From Picochlorum sp. SENEW3 (lineage: Eukaryota): 64,000 nt of DNA. Within the stretch, counting starts at the first letter, position 1, and each line of letters opens with the position of its first letter. This document shows positions 1 through 10,562 of the stretch, piece by piece. The position numbers were made by a program, and so were the translations under genes. The stretch covers positions 248,001-312,000 of the forward strand of contig CP120457.1 in the NCBI GenBank assembly GCA_034226945.1, written 5' to 3'. The notes beneath the pieces were generated by a model, which was not told the DNA's origin, made no database searches, and was given only the letters and a program-made list of their open reading frames with translations.

Positions 1-500
1 GTAGGCTTGGGGCCTCGCCCTATTTCAGGTCCACCCTATCGGTCAAATATGCCCTATGATAGGGTAGGGTAGGGTGGAAAATTTTTTTGGCAAAGGGTCC
101 TATCAAAGAACAAATTTGATGGGACACCTGGATTGAGTGTTGGATGGGGAAATCAAACCAAGAAGACCACTCAAACTTATAGGAAATGCTGACAAACCTC
201 TACAAATGAATATGAGACTTCAATAAGAGCGTCGAAATGTTTCCATGAAAGGGCAAATGATGTCTTAGCCTTGCAGTGTGAAAGATCACATTTTCATCCC
301 GGTAGTTCGGGAAGAAAGACAATACGAGGCCTTTTCCATGGGTCAAGGTCACTCAGATATGATTGAAATGAGCATATATATCATTTAGAATACTTACATC
401 AAACTGAATATGGAAGGCATTGATGGAAATAGCGTATAGGTCCACAATAGGGTCAGACCCTATAGGGTTGATACCTATCAACTTCGTGACCTATTATATA

Positions 501-2120
501 CAGTCGTCCGAAAAATGATGACCCAAATTCATCGGGAACACCTTCATGAAGTGGAGGTATTTCATTTTTGTGATCACCCAACGCGCCATATCTACCTACC
601 CACTAGAAATAGACCCTCTAGTCTCTGCTACAGGCATCTACTGGCTCCAATCTATCCATCCGTCCCCAGAAATCGACATTCCACGAGAGGTCAACAATTG
701 CATCCTGTCTGATTCAGTCAGGCATCACCAGATGTGGTGATGCATCATTAAACCGACACATTCTTGTATTGATCATTCCTTTATTGATTTAAATGGCCTA
801 AAAGTCAAGATACACTATCTAGATCGCTCATACATAGTTCTGGAGGTGATTTTCTCTGTGCTGCATTTTCAAAATTCTGGTGACATTTTCAAATGGCATC
901 TGCGAAGATGAGGCGCAGTGAATCTGATTCACGTCGCCAGAATATACATAAAAAGCAAGATAAATCTGGTATAGAAGATTTGAAGACTTGGCAGGAATTA
1001 TATGATGAGGAAGAGGGAAATGAGATCTGTTTCATGCAAAACAAAGGCACGTGGTCCACCAATGATACTATGGTCCAGTGGTTCAAAGAGCATTTCATTC
1101 CACGCGTTCATGTGGCACAAGCAAAGAGGCGATCACAAGGAGAAATCGTATCCAATAAATATGTCGTTCTCCTTGATGGCGTGAGCACCCACTGTCTCAC
1201 GACTTCTTGGATAACAGAGCTTGAGGGACATGATCCTGATCTGATTTTACTTTGGCTTCCTCCCAATATGACGGGTGATCAACAATCCGTGGATGTCAAT
1301 TTCAATAGACCTTTGAAATCCAAATTCAGGCCTATATAGGCAAGTTAGAAAAGAAGAGGAGGGATGTAGATGAGTCCAACCCACTGGTGGACAATACTTC
1401 AAGGGAAAATTCAGCTGCTTATCAATTGAAGGCTGTTATGATCGAGGGGGTCATGCATACATACAAGATAATTCCAGAAATACAAATTGAATGAAAAAGG
1501 ATGGACAAAGGTTGGCAAGTTTGTATACGAGGGTAATGACAAGCCTCATGATGGTTCTGGCTATTACTTAGCATGGGCACAGACACCCAAATTGATGCTA
1601 AAACTCGATATGCCGCAGGAACATTGTTTCACCAATATATGAGTAGTGGTATATCGGATATTATAGGGAATTTATGATTCATTCCCAAGGCTGGAAGGAA
1701 GAAGAAACAGACCAAAGAGAAAGGTACAGACCTGGATCCTGAAGATATGGAGGAAAGCGTTGAAGAGATTGAGGCACGCACTCAACAGTTTCCAGAATAT
1801 GTTACCTCGGACTGTGTCCAGGTGAATTCTTTGAGGAAGAGGCCGCTTATGATATGGTAGTTGACCCCATTTCTGATTGAAGCACTTGACTGGTGGGGGG
1901 TTGGTGGGCCCATATGGCATCTCATACCCAATGACGGCCCCATATCGACTCGAAATCACTGGAATCGATGTAAGATCCCTTTGAATGCCTTCTACTAGGT
2001 CTACCTCGTTTAGAAACCTACAATTTGATGCAAATAAACGAATTTTGTGATTTGGGTTATTTCATTTTGGACCACCGGCACCACCAATAAAAACCAGAGG
2101 TATCTTTTTTCGGACTACTG
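501..2120 (+). mobile_element. pogo/Tigger-like (Tc1-mariner superfamily) DNA transposon, internally deleted/non-autonomous
   Basis: Imperfect TIRs: CAGTCGTCCGAAAAATGAT at 501 and ATCTTTTTTCGGACTACTG ending at 2120. TA lies immediately outside both ends. A DDE_1 transposase remnant lies inside. Confidence 0.88.
893..1339 (+). pseudogene. DDE_1 (pogo/CENP-B family) transposase fragment
   Basis: Motifs 'KGTWSTNDTMVQWFKEHFIP', 'VVLLDGVSTH' and 'LWLPPNMTGDQQSVDVNFNRPLKSKFR'. No N-terminal HTH, and downstream sequence is broken by stops/frameshifts. Confidence 0.85.
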
Positions 2121-2489
2121 TAGGTATATATTCCCATATGGGAATATGCATATGGGAATGATATTGATGCATCAAAGGATGCCTTTGCATCAATTGATGG
2201 AACAATAGTATGGGCCATAGGACCATCTCAGAATTGGACCTGATTTTGTGAAGTGATAATTTGACCCCAAATCACCCTAAATGGCCTTAAAACAACTCTT
2301 TCGATGCATTCAAACACCCTAAACGCCAGCAAATGCCATTAAGTACCCGGGGAAAGCCTCAATAATAATAATATACGGCAAACAGCCTTGATCTGCATCT
2401 CAGCTTTAAATCTGAATTCAGATCTGTCACAGAGACAACCCGAAATGGGTCCATTTCGAAGGATTTTCCGAGCAAAATACACATTTAAT

Positions 2490-3144
2490 GCCTTGCGATG
2501 TTCTCCTTGCTTTTGCCACATGAACACGTGGAATGAAATGATCTTTGAACCATGGTTCAGTGGCCACTGGACCATAGTATCATTGGTGGACCACGTGCCT
2601 TTGTTTTGCATGAAACAGATCTCATTTCCCTCTTCCTCATCATATAATTCCTGCCAAGTCTTCAAATCTTCTATACCAGATTTATCTTGCTTTTTATGTA
2701 TATTCTGGCGACGTGAATCAGATTCACTGCGCCTCATCTTCGCAGATGCCATTTGAAAATGTCACCAGAATTTTGAAAATGCAGCACAGAGAAAATCACC
2801 TCCAGAACTATGTATGAGCGATCTAGATAGTGTATCTTGACTTTTAGGCCATTTAAATCAATAAAGGAATGATCAATACAAGAATGTGTCGGTTTAATGA
2901 TGCATCACCACATCTGGTGATGCCTGACTGAATCAGACAGGATGCAATTGTTGACCTCTCGTGGAATGTCGATTTCTGGGGACGGATGGATAGATTGGAG
3001 CCAGTAGATGCCTGTAGCAGAGACTAGAGGGTCTATTTCTAGTGGGTAGGTAGATATGGCGCGTTGGGTGATCACAAAAATGAAATACCTCCACTTCATG
3101 AAGGTGTTCCCGATGAATTTGGGTCATCATTTTTCGGACGACTG
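2490..3144 (-). mobile_element. Inverted partial copy of the pogo-like element (left end)
   Basis: ~2566-3144 is the reverse complement of 501-~1080 (identical translated ORFs). It ends in the same TIR followed by TA. A diverged continuation runs to ~2490. Confidence 0.9.
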
Positions 3145-3354
3145 TAATACAACTGTCAAAGGCAGTAGATGGGACAAAATATTCACATCGCGGAATCACT
3201 TTGGATAATGCAAATATATAGTGTCTTCCAAAAGTGTGTTCAAGGGTTAAAGAAGTTAACTTCTGCTTGATTCAAAGTTCTATAGCGGCCTCGGGCCCGT
3301 TGGAGAAAAAGTGGTGACCACAATCCAGAAATCGCTATACGTACACCCCGATAT

Positions 3355-4284
3355 ATGACGCAATTTGTGTCAAAGTACGCTCTTTTCGTCATTCGGCGTT
3401 TTCACGAAGCAGCTGAAAACGTCTATGTAGTTAAGGTGAACTACAAAAAGTTGACGCACATAACGCCAGGATCAGAAAATTCACTCAATGCCGAGGCATT
3501 AAATCAATTGGATGCTGAGATTGAAGATAATATTGAAAAATTACATGAGAATTTGAGAAGGGAAGGAGTTGGAGCCGAGTATCACGTGTTCTACACTCTC
3601 CTGGGCAGTGACGAATTTCCAGCGAAAGTTTGCAGAGATGCACTCAGGGCGTTCTTCATAGAAGGCCCTCGAGTATATCCAACAAAAGGATCAAAAGCAC
3701 AGAATGTTAAAGGCAAAGGTGATGATGAATACCTCTTGCTCAAAACCAAGGAAGGAACGGCCAAGGGGGGTATCACTCCAGAGATGTGTATCATGGGTTT
3801 GAGAGAAGCTGAGTGTATTTTTCGAAGCCTCCACTTTCTCTTGATGCCAAAGGGGCAACATAGTGTGCAGGATCCGAACAAAATTTTCTCATACATTAAC
3901 GAAAACCTTTCAGGAGAGAACTTTGAGTATGCCGAGTTTGGAGACCTTCAGAATTTTGAGAATTTTGAGAATCTTGGGATTGGTGGACATACAAGAGAAG
4001 TTGGTGCGGAGATTGATCTGGGAACATCGCTGGAAATATATCGCTATGCAAAAGAAAAGATAGAGGATAAGAATGCATTGGAAGCCAAAAAAGAGAAATT
4101 AGAGAAACAATTGAACAAGTTGGAGCAGTTGAAGACACAAATTTACAGGAGCCCAGAAATACAAGGTCTGGAGGAAGAAGTACAAAAACTAAAGAAACGT
4201 CGTCGGGAACATCTTCGAGGTTGTCTACTGAAATTAGAGGAAGGAGTAAAGAAATTCCGAGATGCCCTATTACCAGAGGGTTGA
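3355..4284 (+). CDS. Hypothetical intronless protein with C-terminal coiled coil
   Basis: 309-aa ATG ORF with an E/K/L-rich heptad C-terminus. No family recognised. Confidence 0.6.
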   Translation: MTQFVSKYALFVIRRFHEAAENVYVVKVNYKKLTHITPGSENSLNAEALNQLDAEIEDNIEKLHENLRREGVGAEYHVFYTLLGSDEFPAKVCRDALRAFFIEGPRVYPTKGSKAQNVKGKGDDEYLLLKTKEGTAKGGITPEMCIMGLREAECIFRSLHFLLMPKGQHSVQDPNKIFSYINENLSGENFEYAEFGDLQNFENFENLGIGGHTREVGAEIDLGTSLEIYRYAKEKIEDKNALEAKKEKLEKQLNKLEQLKTQIYRSPEIQGLEEEVQKLKKRRREHLRGCLLKLEEGVKKFRDALLPEG

Positions 4285-4600
4285 TTAAAACATAGGAATG
4301 CATCATGTGGGGGGCGCTGAAAGTCTTTGTAGAATTCGGCATACACTTTGCAAATGCTGCATCGCTCGTCTACAGCGGGTTTTATATCATATTGTCGATT
4401 GATTTGTACTGTTGCAATACAATCATGCAAGGAAAAAAACCTCATGTTGCTGAATCAATTGTAAAACAAATGAAATACAGTCAGGCAATAAAACAAACAC
4501 ACAAGCAGGGATCAAATAGAGCAGCACTAGTATAAATCTATGTATCGATACAGATATCTAGAAGCCAACAACCAGACAGACGAAGGTGTCATCGTTTTCA

Positions 4601-5745
4601 TCAATCGTATCGCCCCATGGGAAAGAATTTAATCATCTCATATGCACTCAAGACAATTGCACAGGCTGGCACAGCCTTGGATGATCTCGCACTCCACCCT
4701 TTAAACAACCCAGCAAGCCCTTCAGATACGAAAATATCCTTCATCATGCTAAATGTCTTGACATTATTGGTATTGTACACCTGCATCCTTGTCTTGACGA
4801 CATCAAATGGGGTGGTGATGGCACCTGCTATGGCACCAGACACTCCACCAGCAATCGCATTTGCTTCAAATACTTGCCATTCGGATGTAGGACCATCTTT
4901 AGGTATTAATTGCTCTCGTATAGGTTCTACCAGCGCCCAATACAGGCCTGAGAAGGGCACATCTCTCCACAACGTTGCCCCAACACCCCTCCATAAATGC
5001 TTCATCTGCCCCACTCGAGATGCCAACGGTATCTTGGTATTAGTATTAGTATTGATAGGAAGCATACGCCGATGGTCTGTTGTCATATGCGGCGACGAAT
5101 CCAGCTTCTTGTGAATCACACTCTGCACGCGCACCCTCATCAGCTCAATCGGACTGGTACAATACACCGCCACAGACCTCGCCGCTGTCCCTGCCAACAG
5201 CGGCGCATAGTACCCTGTGTCTTGTTTTTGCAAGTACTCCAACAAGATATCATACAGGGGCAAATAAATGCCCACCATTGGCACCGCCATTGTCAGAGAC
5301 AGCCCAGTACCCCTCCACAACACACCAATACCTTCCTGGCGAGCAATGCGTGTCAGCGCATCAATTGTTCCTCTGAATGGAACCGCTCCTGTGCCACCTG
5401 ATGGCACTATTTTGCTCGATGACGTGCACGCATCTGCATGGCCAGCCAACACGGGTGTCATCTGTCGAGACAATGCTTCTGGGTTCATCACATGGGATTG
5501 GATTCTCGTCTACATGATGATGCATTATTGTTGTTATCATGAGAATACGTACAATCCAAAAAAATATACTCTCACAGACATACCTTGGCAACATCCAATG
5601 GATTCACAACAACTGCAGATACAACAGAAGCCCCTGCTGCTGCAATACCTTGGTGAACCAAACTAATATGATGATGATGGTGATGCTGCTGTGCTGAACC
5701 TCCTCCTCGTCCTTGTTCTTCTATATCTGACCCATGTTCTACCAT
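4601..5745 (-). CDS. Mitochondrial carrier protein, MTM1/SLC25A39-40-like (2 exons, intron ~5510-5583)
   Basis: Three Px[DE]xx[KR]x[KR] signatures: PLDVAK|TRIQ across the GT-AG intron, PIELMRVR and PFDVVKTR. Also 'WRDVPFSGLYW'. Confidence 0.9.
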
Positions 5746-6125
5746 ACTGTAGACACAAAGGCGTCAAAGAAGACTGTCAAACCTCCTACCACCACCACCA
5801 CAGAAAGAAAGAGACCACTCGTCCTCGTCTGTAATACGTTTTCTATTAGCTCTGTACTCCTATGCACACAGACAAGGTGATATATGTAATAAAATATTTG
5901 ATTACTGTTGATAGCATGAGTGTCGGTGCTCAAATGGGAGGTGCACGCGTGACGTTCAGACATGCGGTGTATGTCTAAAAATGTCTAATCAAGGAATTCC
6001 TTGATTAGAAAACAGAATTCGAACGTCGACATGTGTGGTTGTTTTCTGCATGGTTGATCAAGGTCAATAGGGTACCTCACTATCCTATTGTAAAGTATTA
6101 ATACAAATTAAATGGTACTGTACCG

Positions 6126-7796
6126 ATGAGGCTGGAGGAGAGCGATGAGGATACACTGATGAGGATGGATAGGTTGTTGGTTGACGTGTTGTTGCCAACG
6201 AATTGTGGAACAGAAGGGACTCGACGGGGTCCGGTGGAATTGGATCCAGAACTCTTGTATGGGGATTTTTCATATAATCAAGGCGATATAGGGCGAGATG
6301 AGCCAGTTGACGATGTGTCTGTGCAGCAAAAGGTGTCTCGTGTGCAGAGCAGAAACCACACGGAGAGTCGTGGTGATGGTTGCCCCGAAGGAAGAATTGG
6401 TACTCGCGTGTATCACGATGGTATAGTAGATGCAAAACATTCGAGTCGATTGAAAGAGAGATTGGAAGAGTTGAGGACAGAACGGGATGGGAAGGAAATG
6501 AAAGAGTGTACGTTTAGGCCAAAGGTTGGGAGGGGACCGAGGGAGGGTGTGTGTTGCAATGGTGCGGAGAGGTATATGATTCGATCGGGTAAGAGGGAGA
6601 AGGATGTTCAGAGATGGAAAAAGGAGGAGGAGGCTCGGTTGAAGGAGGAGTGTACGTTTGTTCCATTGTTGAGAGAGGACTCGGTGAAGAAGGAGCTGGG
6701 TGCGAGGGGTGTTTTCAAGGTACCTATCCAGAATCGTTTGGCAACGGAGAGGAGGAGAAAGGAAGAGCGATTGCAGAAGGCCAAGGAAAAGGTGGATGTC
6801 GATGTGACGTTTCAGCCAAAGATTGATCTCATGTCGAGAAGGATTGCAGAGAGGCGAAAGGAAAGGGGTGTGCGGGTGTGTCGGAAGGATTGTCACGTTC
6901 CGGAGGAATCCTCCGGAGAGCCGCGGTTTCGATGTGCGAAGAGTGACAAAATTCTGGAGAATAGTGAAACCATTCCGTTAGATTTCGAAGAGAGGCAGGA
7001 GTATTTTTCGAACAAGTATAGGGAGAAGCAGGAAGAAGGCAAGAGGAGAGAGGAGTCTACAAAAAGCACGGGAAGACCTGCGAAGATTCCGGCAGAGTTG
7101 TTGATAGGATCAGAGAGATTGGTACGTCAAATGTTGGAGAGTGAGGAGGAGCGAATAGAGAGAATGTGCTTTGGCGAGCATCGTCGGATTGAAGAACAGA
7201 GGAGACAGAGGAAAAAGGCATTGGAGTCTCAGTTTCGATTCAAGCCAGAGTTAAATAAACGATCGCTTGAGATGAGCAAGGATGCTCAGAATGTAGTACC
7301 AAGGTTTCAAAAGGATTTGGAAACGTACAAGAGCGAAAAATATCGCGACTGTACGTTTCAACCAGATGTATCAAAACCAAGAGTGTATGGGTATCATGAT
7401 GTGTATCAAGTTCCTCAGGGGCAGGCGCCGCTGGCCGTATCTCGAGCGCTGCAGCATGGTTCCATGGATACTTTCATGGAAACTATAGCAGAGTATGAAG
7501 CCAAAAAGAAGGAGAAGGCAGCATTGATCAAAAAAGAGCAAGAGGCAAAGGAGATTGAAGGATGCACATTTGCTCCAAAAATTAATAAACCTGGTAGCGC
7601 CCACTCCGATTTGGAGATTCTCGAGACATTGCCAGGAATGGAAAAGTATTTTGAAAAGATGTTGAGGATTGAACGAAAGGTTGAGGAGAAAAAAGAGCGG
7701 GAAAAGCAGGTTTTCGCCGATGGGTCCTCTTGGGTCAATCAAGTGACTGTCCCAGAACCCTTCTCTCTGGCATCTTCCAGAAGGATCCACGTATGA
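6126..7796 (+). CDS. Charged coiled-coil protein with repeated '(E/D)CTF.P' motifs (possibly microtubule-associated)
   Basis: 556-aa ORF with ECTFRP, ECTFVP, VTFQP, FRFKP, DCTFQP and GCTFAP repeats and a C-terminal 'VTVPEPFSL'. Confidence 0.75.
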   Translation: MRLEESDEDTLMRMDRLLVDVLLPTNCGTEGTRRGPVELDPELLYGDFSYNQGDIGRDEPVDDVSVQQKVSRVQSRNHTESRGDGCPEGRIGTRVYHDGIVDAKHSSRLKERLEELRTERDGKEMKECTFRPKVGRGPREGVCCNGAERYMIRSGKREKDVQRWKKEEEARLKEECTFVPLLREDSVKKELGARGVFKVPIQNRLATERRRKEERLQKAKEKVDVDVTFQPKIDLMSRRIAERRKERGVRVCRKDCHVPEESSGEPRFRCAKSDKILENSETIPLDFEERQEYFSNKYREKQEEGKRREESTKSTGRPAKIPAELLIGSERLVRQMLESEEERIERMCFGEHRRIEEQRRQRKKALESQFRFKPELNKRSLEMSKDAQNVVPRFQKDLETYKSEKYRDCTFQPDVSKPRVYGYHDVYQVPQGQAPLAVSRALQHGSMDTFMETIAEYEAKKKEKAALIKKEQEAKEIEGCTFAPKINKPGSAHSDLEILETLPGMEKYFEKMLRIERKVEEKKEREKQVFADGSSWVNQVTVPEPFSLASSRRIHV

Positions 7797-7853
7797 CGAG
7801 TTTCGATGTGGTGTAGAATTTTATGTTTGTTTCCTAGGCGATTCGAAGGATCT

Positions 7854-7948
7854 AGAACATTCTCGAATGGACCAGGATGGTGCACGTGGCCGAATTTTCT
7901 AGAACCTTCTCTGGCCACAAAACTGCCACATCAGCATTTTGTATAAAG
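7854..7948 (+). promoter_or_regulatory. Heat-shock promoter: two HSEs, G-box, TATA box
   Basis: aGAAcaTTCtcGAAt (7854-7868), cGAAttTTCtaGAAccTTCt (7891-7910), CACGTG (7883-7888) and TATAAA (~7942), all upstream of HSP20. Confidence 0.88.
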
Positions 7949-8073
7949 GTGTGACAACCTCCGAGACGACGCCATATGAAAATAAAAGTTTCGTAGTGGT
8001 ATACCATATATTGATATTACTCCTCTCGTTGTAAAACGTGAAGACATTAACAGTTCTGATACACAGACAAAAA

Positions 8074-8781
8074 ATGCAGACAAACACAGTGTTGCGAAGA
8101 AGTTTTCCAGTGCTCTGCAAGGCTGCTATGCAGGGCCCTCGTCGCATGCGCCGCGTTGCGCACGTGACACCAAGGATTCAGAACCAACCATCTCGAGCTG
8201 TGCAGTCCGATGCCGCGGTTCCAGAAGAGCCCAGCAAAGCCGTGTCCAAGGGACGGGGAACAGGCATGGGCAAGGGCAAGGGCCTCGGCAGAGGCAGGAA
8301 CATGATGAGTCCTTTCAGGATGATGCAGGAATTCGAGCGCGACATGGATGACATGATGAATGCATTTGGATTCATGAATCTTCCAAAAAGACAGGAGATA
8401 TTCCGTCCTGGATCCAAGGCATTGGCCATTGACATTGTTGAGGAAAAGGATGGGTTCCTTATCAAGGCTGACATCCCAGGTCTTAGTGCTGAAGACGTCA
8501 ACGTGCAGGTATCTCCTGATCATATCCTCACAATTAGTGGAGAGAGAACAAATGAGTATTCCTCCAAACCAGAAGAAGAGGGACCACATGTGATGGAGAG
8601 ATTTTATGGCTCTTTCTCAAGATCGTTCAAGCTCCCAGACCATGTCGATGTCCACGCAATCAAAGCTGAAGCATCTCATGGCGTGTTGCAATTGAACGTG
8701 CCAAAAGTAGTCCATGAGGAAGCAGAAAAGCGCGTTATTTCAATCCCAGTTTCATCATCAAGCTCTCCAACCCAAGAATGA
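8074..8781 (+). CDS. Small heat shock protein (HSP20/alpha-crystallin), probably plastid-targeted
   Basis: Alpha-crystallin motifs 'IKADIPG', 'LTISGER', 'ERFYGSFSRSFKLP' and 'GVLQLNVPK'. Met-rich region 'MMSPFRMMQEFERDMDDMM' and a transit-peptide-like N-terminus. First ATG is at 8074. Confidence 0.93.
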   Translation: MQTNTVLRRSFPVLCKAAMQGPRRMRRVAHVTPRIQNQPSRAVQSDAAVPEEPSKAVSKGRGTGMGKGKGLGRGRNMMSPFRMMQEFERDMDDMMNAFGFMNLPKRQEIFRPGSKALAIDIVEEKDGFLIKADIPGLSAEDVNVQVSPDHILTISGERTNEYSSKPEEEGPHVMERFYGSFSRSFKLPDHVDVHAIKAEASHGVLQLNVPKVVHEEAEKRVISIPVSSSSSPTQE

Positions 8782-8832
8782 TTATGTAAATGTTGTACAG
8801 TACCAATATCTTTGTAACATCATAGTCTATCA

Positions 8833-9675
8833 CTACAGTTTTGATGATATCTTTCGCAATTTGGCTTTTGCCATCTTGATAACATCGGGCCTACTGAGGA
8901 GGTATACCTGATGGGAATTCTCTGCTGTAATGACACTCTTCAAATCTCCATGTCCCAGCGATGCTTGAATTTGCCTTTTCGTAATATACAACCCCCAAGG
9001 AGACGTCGACAAAAGCGATTTCACAATAGAATCTGACTTTTGCTTGATTTCATCGACCGAATCAACTATATGATTTAGCAGCCCCCAGGAAAATGCTGTT
9101 GCACCATCAATGGTGCGGCCAGTCAGCATCAATTCTGTTGACCTACCACTCCCAATTATCCGAGGCAGTAAATACGACGTGCCCATGTCTGTACCAGAAA
9201 TACCTAGAGATATAAAAGCAGCTGAAAAACTAGAGGAAGTAGTTCCTATTCTAATATCACATGCTAATGCCAAACTAAGACCAATCCCAACTGCTGGACC
9301 AGCAATGCAGCACACAACTGCCTGAGGCAACGCATACAGCTTCTCCACAAGACTAGACAAAAGATGCTGAGAGTGCCACGATCGATAGTCCCACGTGCTT
9401 TCTTTGGAATCCGCGTCTACAATATCAACACCAGCACAAAAGGCAGGGCCTGCTGCCTGCAGCAACACCACCCTGGGAAAGGATTCCGCATCAGATGTGA
9501 GAGGATCGTCCGTTCCACGGGGTATCTCTGATATAAAGTCAAGCACCTCGTGCAGTTCCGTCAACATGCGAAAGTTTATCGCATTAAATCGCTCTGGAGA
9601 GTGGAGAGTGACTGTCGCCACCCTGCCCTCCAAAGAGACTCTCAAATGCTGAAAATGTCGATTGATTACAGACAT
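8833..9675 (-). CDS. Enoyl-CoA hydratase/isomerase (crotonase family), peroxisomal
   Basis: 'AFCAGVD', 'GPAVGIGLSLALACDIRIG' and 'ELMLTGRTIDG'. Ends in the canonical PTS1 -SKL. Confidence 0.92.
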   Translation of the reverse strand: MSVINRHFQHLRVSLEGRVATVTLHSPERFNAINFRMLTELHEVLDFISEIPRGTDDPLTSDAESFPRVVLLQAAGPAFCAGVDIVDADSKESTWDYRSWHSQHLLSSLVEKLYALPQAVVCCIAGPAVGIGLSLALACDIRIGTTSSSFSAAFISLGISGTDMGTSYLLPRIIGSGRSTELMLTGRTIDGATAFSWGLLNHIVDSVDEIKQKSDSIVKSLLSTSPWGLYITKRQIQASLGHGDLKSVITAENSHQVYLLSRPDVIKMAKAKLRKISSKL

Positions 9676-9896
9676 TGATGCCTCATTTATTTTTTAACAA
9701 AGATTACTTTGACATTTGTCGTCACTCGATCCTGTTGGTTTCTAATCGGCCGACTCGGCACCACCGTAGCCTACGGGTACGAGCTCGAGTCGACTCACTT
9801 TTGAATTTGAAAATTGAACATTTTGAAAATCGCATCTGGAGCCAGTCACAGACTATACGCCATCTACTCATCCATATATGGTACAATATATCCAGT

Positions 9897-10486
9897 ATGT
9901 CGATTCATATTCTCATAAGAGCCGTTATTACGGATACGGGTACAGGTTGGAAGGAGGAATGGAAATCTTTAGTCCAAGGCTTCGACCTGGAAGACACGCT
10001 GCTGGACGTTTTCTATCGCCATGACGCCGAAAGATCCGATCCCAAGCATAGGATTATGCCGTTTTGGAAATCTAGACGAGAGGATAGTCCATTAAACAAG
10101 GTGAGAGTTTTGCAAGTTTTCAACTTGGAAACTGAATTTCTTCTAACACAGACTACAATGTCATACAGATCGTTCTGAAAACCACACATGGAGATGTAGA
10201 GCTATCAAATACTTTAGATACAGATTTAGATATACTGCATGACGTGAATGGTGGGATAAGGATTCTAAAGCTTGGTATAAGGCTTGAACTTGGTTGCACC
10301 ACGAGTGCTGTGCAGGCTCCCAGTGCATGCGACTTGTCCATCTCTCAGGCCAGCTCGGATGGTGTGATGAAGAATCAAAGACGGAAGCATCAGAGGAAAC
10401 GGAGGTATGAAAGTTTGGAGCTTTCAGAGAAGGGAGAAGAGCAGGAAGGCAAATATACAGTGGAGGACATGTTTGAGTACTGTTGA
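9897..10486 (+). CDS. Hypothetical protein (probably 2 exons, intron ~10101-10168)
   Basis: ATG ORF 'MSIHILIRAV...'. A GTGAGA donor and ATACAG acceptor join it in frame to the 10244-10486 ORF. Confidence 0.4.
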
Positions 10487-10562
10487 CCAAAGTTCTGACC
10501 GATATACGGTACTATCAGAATCGGTCTTACAATACAATAATGTAATGCACAATAGTATTCTT

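Noticed and set aside
59..76. (AGGGT)3 as telomeric repeat
   Set aside because: Only three units, not the TTTAGGG/TTAGGG pattern, and embedded in a palindrome-rich repeat.
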